A stretch of 64,000 nt of DNA, taken from assembly GCA_963833985.1 (NCBI GenBank), contig CAWIAD010000002.1, positions 320,001-384,000 on the forward strand, in the 5' to 3' direction. This stretch comes from an uncultured Planctomycetaceae bacterium. Lineage in GTDB: Bacteria > Planctomycetota > Planctomycetia > Isosphaerales > Isosphaeraceae. The position numbers and the translations under genes are program-made. Numbering within the stretch: the stretch's first letter is position 1; each line of letters opens with the position of its first letter. A model generated the notes under the pieces. It worked only from the letters and a program-made list of their open reading frames with translations, made no database searches and was not told the origin of the DNA. Shown here one piece after another: positions 42,458 through 53,681 of this stretch.

Positions 42458-43043
42458 GGCTCACGTCCTCTTCGAAATCGTTGCAGACCTTGCGGACGAG
42501 CTTCATCACGCGGCAGGAGTTGACGTAAACGGCGTTCGGCTCCAGTCCCAGATCGGTGGCCACCTGGGCGGCCGGCACGTTGTGGAAGACGCGCTGGACG
42601 AAGCAGGCCCAGACGCGTGAGGAAACCCGAGCGCGCACCGCCTTCAGCGCATGCTTCAAGATCCGCTCCTGGTGCACGATCGTCCATTCCTCCTCCAGCT
42701 TCACGCTGTCGGTATCCGCCTCCCGCAAGACGTTGACCACCCAGCCCTCGAGCGCCCGCTTATGGCTGGCCTCGCGGCGGGCGCGGTCGATGAGCGTGTT
42801 CCGCGCCACGGTGAACAGCCAGCTCCGGAAGCGGCACTTCTGGCGGTCATACCTGTGGATCTTGCCGAGTATCTTCACGTAAATGTCATGGACCATGTCG
42901 TTGGCGTCGAACTCGCGGAGCCCCCTCCTGCGCAGAAACTCCATGAGCATGGGCCGGTAGATCGCGTCGAATTGACGCCAGCGTGCGGAGTCGTGCTGGC
43001 GCACGCCGTCGATCAGTGAGACAAGAGTTTGCGTCTCGTCCAT
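42432..43043 (-). CDS. ECF sigma-70 factor, planctomycete type
   Basis: SLIDGVRQ..WRQFDAIYRP, RFRSWLF, region 4 VATDLGLEPNAVY. Confidence 0.88.
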   Translation of the reverse strand: MDETQTLVSLIDGVRQHDSARWRQFDAIYRPMLMEFLRRRGLREFDANDMVHDIYVKILGKIHRYDRQKCRFRSWLFTVARNTLIDRARREASHKRALEGWVVNVLREADTDSVKLEEEWTIVHQERILKHALKAVRARVSSRVWACFVQRVFHNVPAAQVATDLGLEPNAVYVNSCRVMKLVRKVCNDFEEDVSHAFEPDLS

Positions 43044-43593
43044 GACCTTCTGCCCTGGAATGACGTGATGATGAATTGCATTCTGGGACCTGACCGGTAA
43101 TAGGACAGCCACAGCAGACTCCTGTTGACGAGAAAAAATCGGCTCACATTTCGAGGATTGTCCTGCATGCGTCGGCGCTCGGGCTTGCGGGGATCTTCCG
43201 GCGAACGGCTCGTGCCCGAGATTCCTGCTCAGCCGGATCATCCCTGCTCGACTCGCCCGTGAGTTCATACGCACGGGCACCAGGAATCCTTACCAAGAAA
43301 AAACGAACACGATGAAAGGGCGGAGACATGCCGGCCGACGTGCTCTACCGCGGGCATATCGCTCCGGATCTGGTCGCCTGACGACCCGCGGGAACAGGCG
43401 GCGGGCTGCCCCGGAGAGGAATGGGCGGGATGGGCCTGAATTCGCCGCGCTTTGAAGGTAAAATGATCGAGACGATCCGGGGACGTGAAATGCTCCCGGC
43501 TCGCCCGGTCGCTGCTGCCGGCTTCCTGCTGGCCGCTGGCGCGGGGCACCCGTAACTCATCCATCCTGAAGTCGGTCGAGGGGCACCACCGCC

Positions 43594-46362
43594 ATGCCGC
43601 GACGCTTCAAAGCCCGCCCCTCGGCCCCCCGGGTCGGCGACCTGCCCGTCTTCGAGCAGACTCTCAAGAACGGCCTCCGCGCGCTGATCCTGCCCCGCAG
43701 GCGGTTACCGATCGTCGTTTGCGACCTGTTTTACCCGGTCGGCTCCTTTGATGAGCCGCCTGGAAAGACCGGAATTGCACATTTCCTCGAGCACATGATG
43801 TTCAAGGGAACCCCGCGGATTCCCAAGGGGCAGATCGATCAGCTCGCATTCATCGCGGGGGGGCAGGCCAACGCCGAGACCGGCGAGGATTGCACTCACT
43901 TCTGGTTCCAGTTCCCTGCCGACCGCTGGGAGGTGGCGATCCAGATCGAGGCGGATCGGATGACGATGGCACGGCTCGACCCGGACGAGGTGGAGGCCGA
44001 GCGGAAGGTCATCGCCGAGGAGCGCGCCCGGGAAATGGAGTCGCCCCAGGCGCGGCTTGACCAGATGCACCAGCTTGCCAGCTACGTGAAACACCCCTAT
44101 CGCAATCCCGTGCTCGGCTGGCCGGAGGATGTGGCAAGCATCAGCGGCGAGGATCTGGTTGCCTTCTGCCGGGCGCACTACCGGCCCGACGGGGCGGTGC
44201 TCGTGGTGGCTGGCGACGTCGAGCCGGCCGAGGCACTGAAAAAGATCGACAGCCACCTGGGGTCGCTGGCTCCGGGAAAAGCGGCACGGCCGGTTCGGGG
44301 CGGTGACGAGCCCGCTCAGACTGGTCGGCGGTCGTTCACCCTCCGCGAGCGCGACGTGCTTCCGCGCGGGCTATTCGGCTGGCACACGGTGCCGCGCGGG
44401 CATCGCGACGCGCCGGTGCTCGATGTGCTGGCCGACCTGCTTGGAACCGGCCGGCAGTCGCGGCTCTGGAAGGCGATCGTGGAGGAGGAGAAGCTGGCCA
44501 CCTGGATCGAGACGCAACATGTCGGCTCGCAACGCGCGGGGCAGTTCTTTGTCCAGGTCGAGACCCTCCCCGGAGTCGACCCTGCCCTGGTCGAGAAACG
44601 GCTCCTGGGCATTCTCCACGGGGTGGCCCGGCGGGCTCCAGCCGAGGACGAACTGGCACGGGCGCGGCACCGGCTGGAGGCGGGATGGCGCTGGGAGCAG
44701 GAGGATATTGCCGGCCTGGCCGCCGGCATTGGCCACGCCGCACTCTGGGGAGACTGGCGCGACTGGCTGCGTGATCACACCGAGGCGCTGGCCGCCGATG
44801 GCGCCGCAGTGGCCCGCGCGGCTGGCCGTTACCTGGCCGAATGCAATCTCACCGTTGGCTGGTCGCTTCCGCGCACGCGTTCCGAGCCGGCCGTGGAGAT
44901 TCAGTGGCCGACCCCGAAGCCGCTCCCGGCGACGGCTCGAAACGGCCCGTTCGTGCCCGGAGTCACGACGTTAGCGACCGAAACCTCGCGGCTTCCGGCG
45001 CCCGTCTCGAACGCCATCTCACCATCGCAACCGGAGACAACGTCTGCGGCTTCCCAGCCCACACTTGAGATCCCCCGCGGCTATGTGCGCCTTGCCGGAT
45101 TCCGGCCGCACCGGGGGCGGCTTGGCAACGGCATGCAGGTCGTTCACGAGACGCGGCACGGCACGGGTGTGGCGGCGCTCGAGCTGCACGTCGACGCTGG
45201 ATTCATGAGGGAAGCACGTCCTGGCGTCTCGTACCTGACCGGACGGCTGCTCGAGGAAGGTACATCCCGTCGCTCCGCGTCGGAGCTGGCGGCGGCCATC
45301 GAGAACGTGGGCGGGACGATGGAGGTCGGCCCGGCGTGCATCTCGGTACGAATCCGCGCCGAGGACCTCGCCCTGGCCATCGAGATTCTTGCCGAACTGG
45401 TTCGCCAGCCGGCCTTTCCGCCAGATGCGGTTGCCTGGACCAAGCAGCGTATCCTGGCCGAGTTGCAAGCCGACCGGGAAGACCCGGCGTATCGAGCGGA
45501 CCTGATCTTCCGGGGCCTCGTGTACGGCACTCACCCGCTGGGAAGAGACCCGCGCGGCAGCCTGCGCGACGTCCGGTTGCTGACGCACGACGACGTGATC
45601 GCTCACCATCGCCGCTATTTCGTCCCCGACCGCTCGTTCCTCACGGCGGCCGGGGATTTCGACCCGGCGGTGCTCAGGCGCCAGGTCCGATCTCACTTTG
45701 GCTCCTGGCCGCCGGCCGGTGCGCCGCTGCCGGCCCTCCCGCTGGTGGCCGAGCCGCGGAGGCCACGGGTGCGCCGGGTCGACCAGTCGGGCACGCAGGT
45801 CCACGTGGTGCTGGGACACCTTGGCATTCCCCGCCATCATCCCGACTTCGAGGCACTGGTGGTGCTCGACCACATTTTCGGAACCGGCCCGGGCTTCTCC
45901 GACCGCCTGGGGCGGATCGTACGCGACGAGCTGGGTCTGGTCTACAGCATCGGGGGCGGGATGACCGATTCGGCCGATCTGCTCCCCGGACTGTTCCGGG
46001 TGTATGCCGGAACGAGCCCCGAGGAGGCGGACCGGGTCGTCGCGGCCATCACCGGGCAGATCCAGGCAATGCAGGCCGGAGCATTCAGCGACGATGAAGT
46101 GGACCGTGCCCGCCGATACCTCGCCGGCGCTTATATCTTCGACTTCCAGACCGTTGATCAGCGGGCCGAACGGCTGCTCGAGCTGGTACGCCTGGGGCTG
46201 CCGCTCGATGAGCCGAAGCGCTGGCCGGAGCGCATCTCGCGGATCACGCCCTGCCAGGTGCGGCAGGCGGCCCGGCGGCACCTTCGCCCCGGTTCGCTCT
46301 CCCGCGTCGAGTACGGGCCGCTCGTCGGAAGAGGGCACAAGACGCGTGTGGAATGTGCTTGA
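43594..46362 (+). CDS. M16 (pitrilysin-like) zinc peptidase with two fused halves
   Basis: GIAHFLEHMMFKG (HXXEH), NAET; second half lacks the zinc motif and has VRDELGLVYS. Confidence 0.92.
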   Translation: MPRRFKARPSAPRVGDLPVFEQTLKNGLRALILPRRRLPIVVCDLFYPVGSFDEPPGKTGIAHFLEHMMFKGTPRIPKGQIDQLAFIAGGQANAETGEDCTHFWFQFPADRWEVAIQIEADRMTMARLDPDEVEAERKVIAEERAREMESPQARLDQMHQLASYVKHPYRNPVLGWPEDVASISGEDLVAFCRAHYRPDGAVLVVAGDVEPAEALKKIDSHLGSLAPGKAARPVRGGDEPAQTGRRSFTLRERDVLPRGLFGWHTVPRGHRDAPVLDVLADLLGTGRQSRLWKAIVEEEKLATWIETQHVGSQRAGQFFVQVETLPGVDPALVEKRLLGILHGVARRAPAEDELARARHRLEAGWRWEQEDIAGLAAGIGHAALWGDWRDWLRDHTEALAADGAAVARAAGRYLAECNLTVGWSLPRTRSEPAVEIQWPTPKPLPATARNGPFVPGVTTLATETSRLPAPVSNAISPSQPETTSAASQPTLEIPRGYVRLAGFRPHRGRLGNGMQVVHETRHGTGVAALELHVDAGFMREARPGVSYLTGRLLEEGTSRRSASELAAAIENVGGTMEVGPACISVRIRAEDLALAIEILAELVRQPAFPPDAVAWTKQRILAELQADREDPAYRADLIFRGLVYGTHPLGRDPRGSLRDVRLLTHDDVIAHHRRYFVPDRSFLTAAGDFDPAVLRRQVRSHFGSWPPAGAPLPALPLVAEPRRPRVRRVDQSGTQVHVVLGHLGIPRHHPDFEALVVLDHIFGTGPGFSDRLGRIVRDELGLVYSIGGGMTDSADLLPGLFRVYAGTSPEEADRVVAAITGQIQAMQAGAFSDDEVDRARRYLAGAYIFDFQTVDQRAERLLELVRLGLPLDEPKRWPERISRITPCQVRQAARRHLRPGSLSRVEYGPLVGRGHKTRVECA

Positions 46363-46470
46363 GCCCGAGCCTGGCCTGAGCTGCGATAGATGCTTGCCGC
46401 TGTCGCGCGCGCCGGGCGATAAGTAGAATAAGGTGCAGTCTGGAGGCTCGGTCAACAGAAGAGGCTCGCC

Positions 46471-47256
46471 ATGCCCAGCCCGTTTCCGGGAGTCGATCCC
46501 TATCTGGAAAGCCAGGGGTACTGGCCGGATTCTCACTCACGTTTTCTGACTTACTGCTGTGACGCACTCAACGATGGTCTCCCGGACTCCTACGAGGCCC
46601 GCCTTGGCGAACAGCTTCGGCTGGTGGAGCGGCCCGATCCACGGGTCCGGACGACCATTCCCGATGTGACGATCCTGGAAGGTGAATACGGTCGGAGAAC
46701 GGGCGGGCAGCCGACGAGTTCTGGCGGCGTGCTGACGCTCGAGCCGGTCACCATCGATCTGCCCGTCGAGGAGGTGGAAGAAGTACGCGACCTCTGGATC
46801 GAGATCCGCCGGCGGCCTCACCTTGACCTCGTCACGGCGATCGAGATCCTGTCGCCGACCAACAAGACGGGCGAGGGTTACTGGCATTACCTGGCCAAGC
46901 GAAGAAGCTTCCTCCGGCAGAACGTTCATCTGGTCGAGCTCGATCTGCTGATCCGTGGTCAGCGGCTGCCGATGGGGCAGGAGTTACCCGCCGGCGATTA
47001 CTTCGCTTTCATCTCCCGAGCCGATCGCCGTGCGAAATGCGACGTTTACGCCTGGTCGGTGCGCAACGCGCTGCCGAATCTGCCGATCCCCCTGCGATCT
47101 CCCGATCCTGACGTCATTCTGGAACTTCCCGCCGTCTTTGCCTATGGATACGAACGCGGACGCTACGCGGGCTCACTCGATTATGCCGCAGCCCTGGATC
47201 TGCCCTTGCCTGCTGCCGATCGCGCCTGGGCCGAGCAACGTTGCCGCCCTTCCTGA
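46471..47256 (+). CDS. DUF4058 family protein (PD-(D/E)XK-like)
   Basis: MPSPFPGVDPYLE, IPDV, IEILSPTNK, VELDLL. Confidence 0.88.
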   Translation: MPSPFPGVDPYLESQGYWPDSHSRFLTYCCDALNDGLPDSYEARLGEQLRLVERPDPRVRTTIPDVTILEGEYGRRTGGQPTSSGGVLTLEPVTIDLPVEEVEEVRDLWIEIRRRPHLDLVTAIEILSPTNKTGEGYWHYLAKRRSFLRQNVHLVELDLLIRGQRLPMGQELPAGDYFAFISRADRRAKCDVYAWSVRNALPNLPIPLRSPDPDVILELPAVFAYGYERGRYAGSLDYAAALDLPLPAADRAWAEQRCRPS

Positions 47257-47401
47257 GCGTGTGAGGCTCGACCGAGCCTGGATTGTCGACCCCTCATCGA
47301 GTTCAACACGCAGATTTGCCAGTTACCTTGTGATGGGACCGCTCGCACCCGCCCGAAGACTTCAAGCCCCACCTGGATGACCCGCCTCAGGAGTGAACCG
47401 G

Positions 47402-49858
47402 ATGACTCGCAAAGGAACCGCTGGGCCCGTATGGATTCTGGAACTGGTAACACTGTGCCGCATCTTTTGCTGTCAGGTCCTGGCGCCTGGCATGCTGTTT
47501 CTGAGCCTCCCCGCGCACCAGCTGATCGGTGCCGGGCCTTCCGAGGGCACGGCAAAGCTGACGGTCCACGCCGACCGCGAAGGCCCCAAGGTCAGCCCGC
47601 TGCTCTACGGCATCTTCTTCGAGGACATCAACTGCTCGGCTGACGGCGGCATCTACGCCGAGCTGGTGCGCAACCGATCGTTCGAGGATGCCGGGAAGCC
47701 CGAGCACTGGACCGTGACCAAGGGTGGACAAAGCAAGGTCGAGATCGCCGTCGACACTTCCCGGCCGGTCAGCGCTCGGAACCAGCGGTCGCTCAGAGTC
47801 ACCATCACCGACCCCGACGGCGCCCGGGCGGGTGTGGTCAATGACGGCTACTGGGGCATGTCCATGAAGGAGGGCGAGGTGTACCGCCTCTCGGTCCGCG
47901 CGCGCTGTGACGGCACCTTCCGGGAACCGCTGTCCGCAGCCCTGGTGGGACGGGATGGACGGTGCTACGCCACGGAGCAACTGCCCCGGCTGAACGAGCA
48001 CTGGACCGAGTATGAGTTCCCACTCAAGTCCAGTGGGACCGACCCGGGGGCACATCTCGAGATCACCGCTGCCGGCAAAGGGACTTTCTGGCTGGACATG
48101 GTGTCACTGTTCCCCATGAGGACCTGGAAGGACCGTCCCAACGGCCTGCGATCCGACCTGGCCGGGCTGCTGGCGGGTCTCAAGCCCGCCTTTGTCAGGT
48201 TTCCCGGTGGATGCTGGGTGGAGGGCGACACCATGAAGTTTGCCTATCGCTGGAAGGAAACCATCGGCACGCTTTCGGAGCGGCGCACCCAGTACAACAT
48301 CTGGGACTACCACGCCACACACGGACTGGGCTTCCACGAGTACCTCCAGATGTGCGAGGACCTCGGCGCAGAGCCTTTGTTCGTGATCAATTGCGGGATG
48401 TCGCACCGTGAGAACGTGCCCATGGACCGGATGCTCGAGTTCGTGCAGGATGCGCTCGACGCCATCGAGTACTGCAACGGACCGGCAGACAGCAAGTGGG
48501 GCTCGGTGCGGGCCCGGGCAGGCCACCCGGCTCCGTTCGGCCTGAAGTACATGGAAATCGGTAACGAGAACGGCGGACATGCCTACCAGGAACGCTACGC
48601 GCTTTTCTATGACGCGATCAAGCAACGGCATCCCGAGATCGTCCTGATCGCGAACGAGCCGATCAGCAGCCGGGCCGCCGACATCATCGACGAGCATTAC
48701 TACTCCACGCCTGAGTTCTTCATCCGCCAGGCCGAGCGGTATGACCGGTACGACCGCAAGGGACCCAAGATCTACGTGGGCGAATACGCGGTCACGCAGG
48801 GCTGCGGCCAGGGCAACCTGCGCGGGGCCGTGGGCGAGGCCGCGTTCCTCGTCGGCATGGAGCGGAACCCCGACGTCGTGGCCATGTCGTCCTACGCCCC
48901 CCTCTTCGTGAACGTGAACCACCGCGGCTGGAACCCGGACCTGATCAACTTTGACAGCTCCCGGGCCTACGTGATTCCCTCGTACCACGTGCAACGGCTC
49001 TTTCGCGAGAACCGAGGCGATGTGGTGCTGCCCGTCGATGTGGCCGCTCCGAGCCTCGAGGAAGGTCCACGCGGCGGGGCGGTGGGAGTGGGAACCTGGG
49101 CCACCCAGGCCGACTTCAAGGATCTCAAGGTGACGCATGGCGGCGAGACGCTCTTCGCGGCGGCCTCCCAGGACGGCACGAGATCCTGGAAGCTGCTGGG
49201 GGGCGACTGGAAGGTGGAGGATGGAGTTCTGCGCCAGTTGAGCCTCCGGGAAAACGTCCGCGCGGTGGCCGGAAACCGGAGCTGGACCGACTACACGCTC
49301 AGCCTCAAGGCCCGCAAGCGAGGCGGCAGAGAAGGGTTCCTGATCCTCTTCCGGGTCGGCGATGAGAACCAGAAGTCGTGGTGGAACATCGGCGGCTGGG
49401 GCAACACACGGCACGCCATCGAGATCGGCGGAGAGGTTGGTAGCGGGGTGCCCGGCCGCATCGAAACCGGGCGCTGGTATGAGATCAAGATCGAGCTGGC
49501 CGGATCGAGCATCAAGTGCTACCTCGATGGCACGCTCGTGCACGATGTGCGGACGCCGCGGATGAAGTCACTGCACGCCGTGGCCACACGTGAGCGTTCC
49601 AGCGGGGAGATCATCCTCAAGGTGGTGAACGCCTCCGCGGAGACGCTGGCGACCGAGATCGGCTTTCCCGGCATTAACCACCTGAGCGGCCCGGCGCGAG
49701 CGGTGGTCCTGGCTGCGGAGCAGCCCACCGATGAGAACTCACTGGCGAATCCGGTGAAGGTCGCGCCGGTCTCGGCCGCGCTGGACTGCGCTGAATCGTC
49801 GATCCGCCATGCCTTCCCCGGCAACTCGGTCTCGGTGATCCGTGTGAAAGCCAGATGA
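47402..49858 (+). CDS. GH51 alpha-L-arabinofuranosidase with an inserted beta-sandwich domain
   Basis: FFEDIN, RFPGGC, IGNE, GEY, MERNPDVV..SYAPL; insert containing WWNIGGWGN. Confidence 0.9.
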   Translation: MTRKGTAGPVWILELVTLCRIFCCQVLAPGMLFLSLPAHQLIGAGPSEGTAKLTVHADREGPKVSPLLYGIFFEDINCSADGGIYAELVRNRSFEDAGKPEHWTVTKGGQSKVEIAVDTSRPVSARNQRSLRVTITDPDGARAGVVNDGYWGMSMKEGEVYRLSVRARCDGTFREPLSAALVGRDGRCYATEQLPRLNEHWTEYEFPLKSSGTDPGAHLEITAAGKGTFWLDMVSLFPMRTWKDRPNGLRSDLAGLLAGLKPAFVRFPGGCWVEGDTMKFAYRWKETIGTLSERRTQYNIWDYHATHGLGFHEYLQMCEDLGAEPLFVINCGMSHRENVPMDRMLEFVQDALDAIEYCNGPADSKWGSVRARAGHPAPFGLKYMEIGNENGGHAYQERYALFYDAIKQRHPEIVLIANEPISSRAADIIDEHYYSTPEFFIRQAERYDRYDRKGPKIYVGEYAVTQGCGQGNLRGAVGEAAFLVGMERNPDVVAMSSYAPLFVNVNHRGWNPDLINFDSSRAYVIPSYHVQRLFRENRGDVVLPVDVAAPSLEEGPRGGAVGVGTWATQADFKDLKVTHGGETLFAAASQDGTRSWKLLGGDWKVEDGVLRQLSLRENVRAVAGNRSWTDYTLSLKARKRGGREGFLILFRVGDENQKSWWNIGGWGNTRHAIEIGGEVGSGVPGRIETGRWYEIKIELAGSSIKCYLDGTLVHDVRTPRMKSLHAVATRERSSGEIILKVVNASAETLATEIGFPGINHLSGPARAVVLAAEQPTDENSLANPVKVAPVSAALDCAESSIRHAFPGNSVSVIRVKAR

Positions 49859-49948
49859 GCCGCCGGCGCTGCGAGGAGCCGTCCGCGACCCTCTGATCAA
49901 AGGGCTCGAGATCGGTTCGCGGCGCCTCTGCGTTCGCCGAGGCGCGGC

Positions 49949-49977
49949 TTGACAGCGCCCCAGGCGGTTTCTACGAT
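49949..49977 (+). promoter_or_regulatory. Sigma70 promoter of the plsX-fab operon
   Basis: TTGACA-17 nt-TACGAT. Confidence 0.75.
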
Positions 49978-50201
49978 GTGCTCACAATCCAGCTACAACG
50001 ATCGACACGGCATGCGGCATCCGCGGCTCCTGGATGGAGCCTGCCTTTGAGCCTGGTGGCGTGTGGAGTGCGAAGGTTGGGGCGATTCCGGTCCCTTTCG
50101 GGATGCGAGGCCGGGAGACACAAGATCTCGGCCGCGGCATCCCGTCGTCGTTTGGCGGGGGTTATCAACCGTGCCGAAGCCAGATCGGGGGGAGTGAAGC
50201 C

Positions 50202-51260
50202 ATGCGGATAGCCCTGGATGCGATGGGAGGCGATTTTGCTCCCGGACCCATCATCGCGGGCGCCGTCGACGCGGTTCGTGATCAGCCGGAGCTCGTTACC
50301 GTGCTGGTGGGTGATCACGAGCGGATCGAGGCGGAGCTCGCCAAGATTCAGGACGTCCCGCGCGAGAAACTGCCGATCGTGCATGCCAGCCAGGTCATCG
50401 GCATGGAAGAAAAGCCGGTCGACGCCCTGCGGAAGAAGCGCGACAATTCCATCTCGCGGTGCTGGGGGCTGCTGGCCACGGGAGACGTCAAGGCCGTCGT
50501 TTCGGCCGGCAACACCGGCGCCATGGTGGCGTCGGCCCTGTTCAATGCCAAGATGTTCCTGCCGGGCGTCCGCCGGCCGGGGATCGCCGCGATTTTTCCT
50601 TCGCACCAGGGCCCGATCGTGATCATCGACGTCGGGGCCAACATGAACCCCAAGGCGGACGACCTGTACCAGTATGGCATCATGGGGGCGATCTACGCCG
50701 AGGAGATTCTCGGCGTCACCCACCCGCGGATCGGTCTCCTGAACGTCGGGACCGAGGACGAGAAGGGCACCGACCTGACGCGGGCCACACGCGCACTCTA
50801 TCAAGACAGCCCCTGGTCCAGCCGGTTCGTCGGCAATGTGGAAGGACGCGACATTTACGAGGGCCACGTCCGGGTGGTCATCTGTGACGGCTTCGTGGGC
50901 AATGTGCTGCTCAAGGCCGGCGAGGGCGCTGTCGAGTTTCTCTTCTCCACGCTGCGCGAAGAGCTGGCCCGGCTGCTGCCACAGCTTCCTCCCGAGGCCG
51001 GCCACCGCATCGCCGGCAGTTTGCAGGCGCTCAAGAGCCGGTTCGAGTACGAGGAATTCGGCGGTGGTCCTCTGCTCGGCATCCGCGGGGCCTGCATCAT
51101 CTGCCACGGGGCCTCCGGCGCACGCGCCATCAAGAACGCCCTGCGCGTCGCCCATGCCATGGCCGAGGACCGGCTCAATGAACGGATTATCGAGCATCTC
51201 GGGACCAAACTGCCGGCTGCGGCCGTCGAGCCGGGCAAAGCCGACGCCGGCCAGGAATAA
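50202..51260 (+). CDS. plsX: Phosphate acyltransferase
   Basis: IALDAMGGD, SAGNTGA, GNVEG, DGFVGN, CHG. Confidence 0.97.
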   Translation: MRIALDAMGGDFAPGPIIAGAVDAVRDQPELVTVLVGDHERIEAELAKIQDVPREKLPIVHASQVIGMEEKPVDALRKKRDNSISRCWGLLATGDVKAVVSAGNTGAMVASALFNAKMFLPGVRRPGIAAIFPSHQGPIVIIDVGANMNPKADDLYQYGIMGAIYAEEILGVTHPRIGLLNVGTEDEKGTDLTRATRALYQDSPWSSRFVGNVEGRDIYEGHVRVVICDGFVGNVLLKAGEGAVEFLFSTLREELARLLPQLPPEAGHRIAGSLQALKSRFEYEEFGGGPLLGIRGACIICHGASGARAIKNALRVAHAMAEDRLNERIIEHLGTKLPAAAVEPGKADAGQE

Positions 51261-51301
51261 CCGGCGTTGCCAGCGATCTTTCGAGTGAGGATCAGCCGAT
51301 C

Positions 51302-52213
51302 ATGGCCAAGATCGCCTTCCTGTTTCCCGGCCAAGGTGCTCAGACCGTAGGCATGTGCCGTGAGCTCGAGGCAGAGTTAACCTCGGTGCGGGCGCTCTTC
51401 GACGAGGCCGGCGAGGTACTCGGATACGACCTGCGCGCCCTCTGCTTCGAGGGACCCGCCCTGGCGCTCGAGGCCACCGATGTCAGCCAGCCGGCCATCT
51501 TCGTTGCCAGCCTTGCGGCGCTCGAAAGCCTGAAAGTGAGCAACCCGGACGTCGTGCAGGCTTGCCAGGGCGCTGCCGGCCTGAGCCTTGGCGAGTACAC
51601 CGCGCTGGTCTTTGCCGGGGCCATGGATTTCGGGGCCGGCCTGGAAGTGGTCCGGCGGCGTGGCCAGGCGATGCAATCGGCTTCGCGGGCCACTCCCAGC
51701 GGGATGACCAGCGTCCTTGGCCTCGACGAGGCGAAGGCCGACGAACTCTGTGCGCGCGTCGCTCCGGCCGGTCGTCTCTGGAAGGCGAACATGCTCGGGC
51801 CCGGCAATATCGTCTTCTCCGGGGAAGCCGCGGCCCTCGCGGCAGTCGAGCCGGCAGCCATCGACCTCGGTGCCATGAAGGTTGTTCCCCTGGCGGTCGC
51901 AGGCGCCTTTCACTCCGAGCTCATGAAACCCGCGGACCAGCAGCTTGCCGAGGTGCTCGCAAGGACATCGCTCGCGACCCCGCGCATCCCCGTCTATTCG
52001 AATGTCGATGCCCGGGTGCACACCGACCCGGACGACATCCGGCGCACACTCGTCGCGCAAGTTTTGCAGGGAGTGCGCTGGGAAGAGTCGATGCGGCACA
52101 TGATTGCCGATGGCTTCGACACGTTCTACGAGATCGGGCCGGGCCGCGTTCTGACGGCACTGCTCAAGCGCATCGATCGCAAGCTTCCGTGCATGCACGT
52201 CCCGGCGCGGTGA
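51302..52213 (+). CDS. fabD: Malonyl-CoA:ACP transacylase
   Basis: FPGQGAQ, GLSLGEY, GAFHS, EIGPG. Confidence 0.97.
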   Translation: MAKIAFLFPGQGAQTVGMCRELEAELTSVRALFDEAGEVLGYDLRALCFEGPALALEATDVSQPAIFVASLAALESLKVSNPDVVQACQGAAGLSLGEYTALVFAGAMDFGAGLEVVRRRGQAMQSASRATPSGMTSVLGLDEAKADELCARVAPAGRLWKANMLGPGNIVFSGEAAALAAVEPAAIDLGAMKVVPLAVAGAFHSELMKPADQQLAEVLARTSLATPRIPVYSNVDARVHTDPDDIRRTLVAQVLQGVRWEESMRHMIADGFDTFYEIGPGRVLTALLKRIDRKLPCMHVPAR

Positions 52214-52421
52214 ATCTTGCCTGGGGTGCAGGGTTTTGGGGTTGAAGGAGCGGTTTGACCCGGATTATAAACGAAAACAATCTCCGGCGTTTTGGTCGAG
52301 CGGCTGTCCGTCCCCGTACGGGCAGGGATTCATCCGGCACGTCTTCGAGACGTGTGCCGCGGATGGCGCAGCCCGGTCAATTCTCCCACGGGTCGCAAAC
52401 ATCTAGCAGCAGGAAGTGAAC

Positions 52422-53204
52422 ATGGCCGAGGGAGCAAGTGCCAGTCCGCCCGCGCCTTGCCAGGTGGATCTGAAGGGCCAGGTTGCCCTGGTCACGGGAG
52501 CCTCGCGAGGGATCGGCCGGGCGATTGCCGAGCGCCTGGCCGGGTGCGGGGCCACCGTCGTGGGTGTGGCGCGCAGTCTGGATGGACTTCAGAGCACACT
52601 CCAGGCCATCCGCGATGCGGGCGGAACCGCTGAGGGGGTGGCAGCCAGCGTGGCCGATTCCGCCGAGGTGAAGCGGATCGTCGACGAGGTGGAAGCGAAA
52701 TACCAGCGGATTTCTGTCCTGGTGAATAACGCGGGCATCACCCGCGACGGACTCATGCTGCGGATGGAAGATGAGGCCTGGCAGGAGGTCATCGACACCA
52801 ACCTGAAAGGGACCTTTCTCTTCTCGCGGGCCGTCGGTGTGGTGATGATGCGTGCTCGTTACGGCAGGATCATCAATATCGCCAGCGTGGCTGGCCTGGT
52901 GGGCAACCCGGGACAGGCAAACTACGCGGCCAGCAAGGCGGGAGTCATCGGGTTCAGCAAGACCGTGGCGCGCGAGCTGGCCGCCCGCGGCATCACGGTC
53001 AACGTGATCGCCCCCGGTTTCATCACCACGGACATGACCGATGTCCTCCCCGAGAAAATCAAAAGTGAGGTGAAGGAACGCATTCCCTTGCGTCGGTTCG
53101 GTCGGCCCGACGACATCGCCGATCTGGTCTGCTACCTGGCAAGCCCCGGGGCCAGCTACATCACCGGCCAGGTGATTGCGGTCGATGGGGGGCTGACTGT
53201 GTGA
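52422..53204 (+). CDS. fabG: 3-oxoacyl-ACP reductase
   Basis: [25 protein letters not shown]. Confidence 0.97.
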   Translation: MAEGASASPPAPCQVDLKGQVALVTGASRGIGRAIAERLAGCGATVVGVARSLDGLQSTLQAIRDAGGTAEGVAASVADSAEVKRIVDEVEAKYQRISVLVNNAGITRDGLMLRMEDEAWQEVIDTNLKGTFLFSRAVGVVMMRARYGRIINIASVAGLVGNPGQANYAASKAGVIGFSKTVARELAARGITVNVIAPGFITTDMTDVLPEKIKSEVKERIPLRRFGRPDDIADLVCYLASPGASYITGQVIAVDGGLTV

Positions 53205-53681
53205 CGTTGGAAGATAAACCGGTTGCGGTGTGATCTCCGGGAACCAGCCCCGGTCCCGGCTGCCGTGGCCATCGCAAGAAATACGCGACTCGCGGGGCCA
53301 GTCCACTCGGGTTCATCCTGAGATCGTCAACCGAGCGTGCGGCGGACGCTGGATGGACATTTTATGAGCGCCATGCTAAGGTGGCGCATTCTTACGACCC
53401 AGGAGAACCGAACGGCACCGTGCACCCGGCCGGTTGGCTCGCCGTAAACCTCTTCCATCCAGAGATTTCGACTTGCGAGCCTGGGGTTTCCGCAGAGGCC
53501 GCCGAGGGCCTTTGCCGGTCATCCGCCAAAACCAGCATGCCGCATCGGTTCAAGATGAGAACTGTTTTGCTCCATCCAATTCCCGGGATCAGCCGCCACC
53601 CCAGCGTCTCGCTGGAATTCTCAAGCGAGGCCTGAGCGTGAAGGCGCAATTGACGCCATGTGAAGATGAGGAGGTTCGCCC

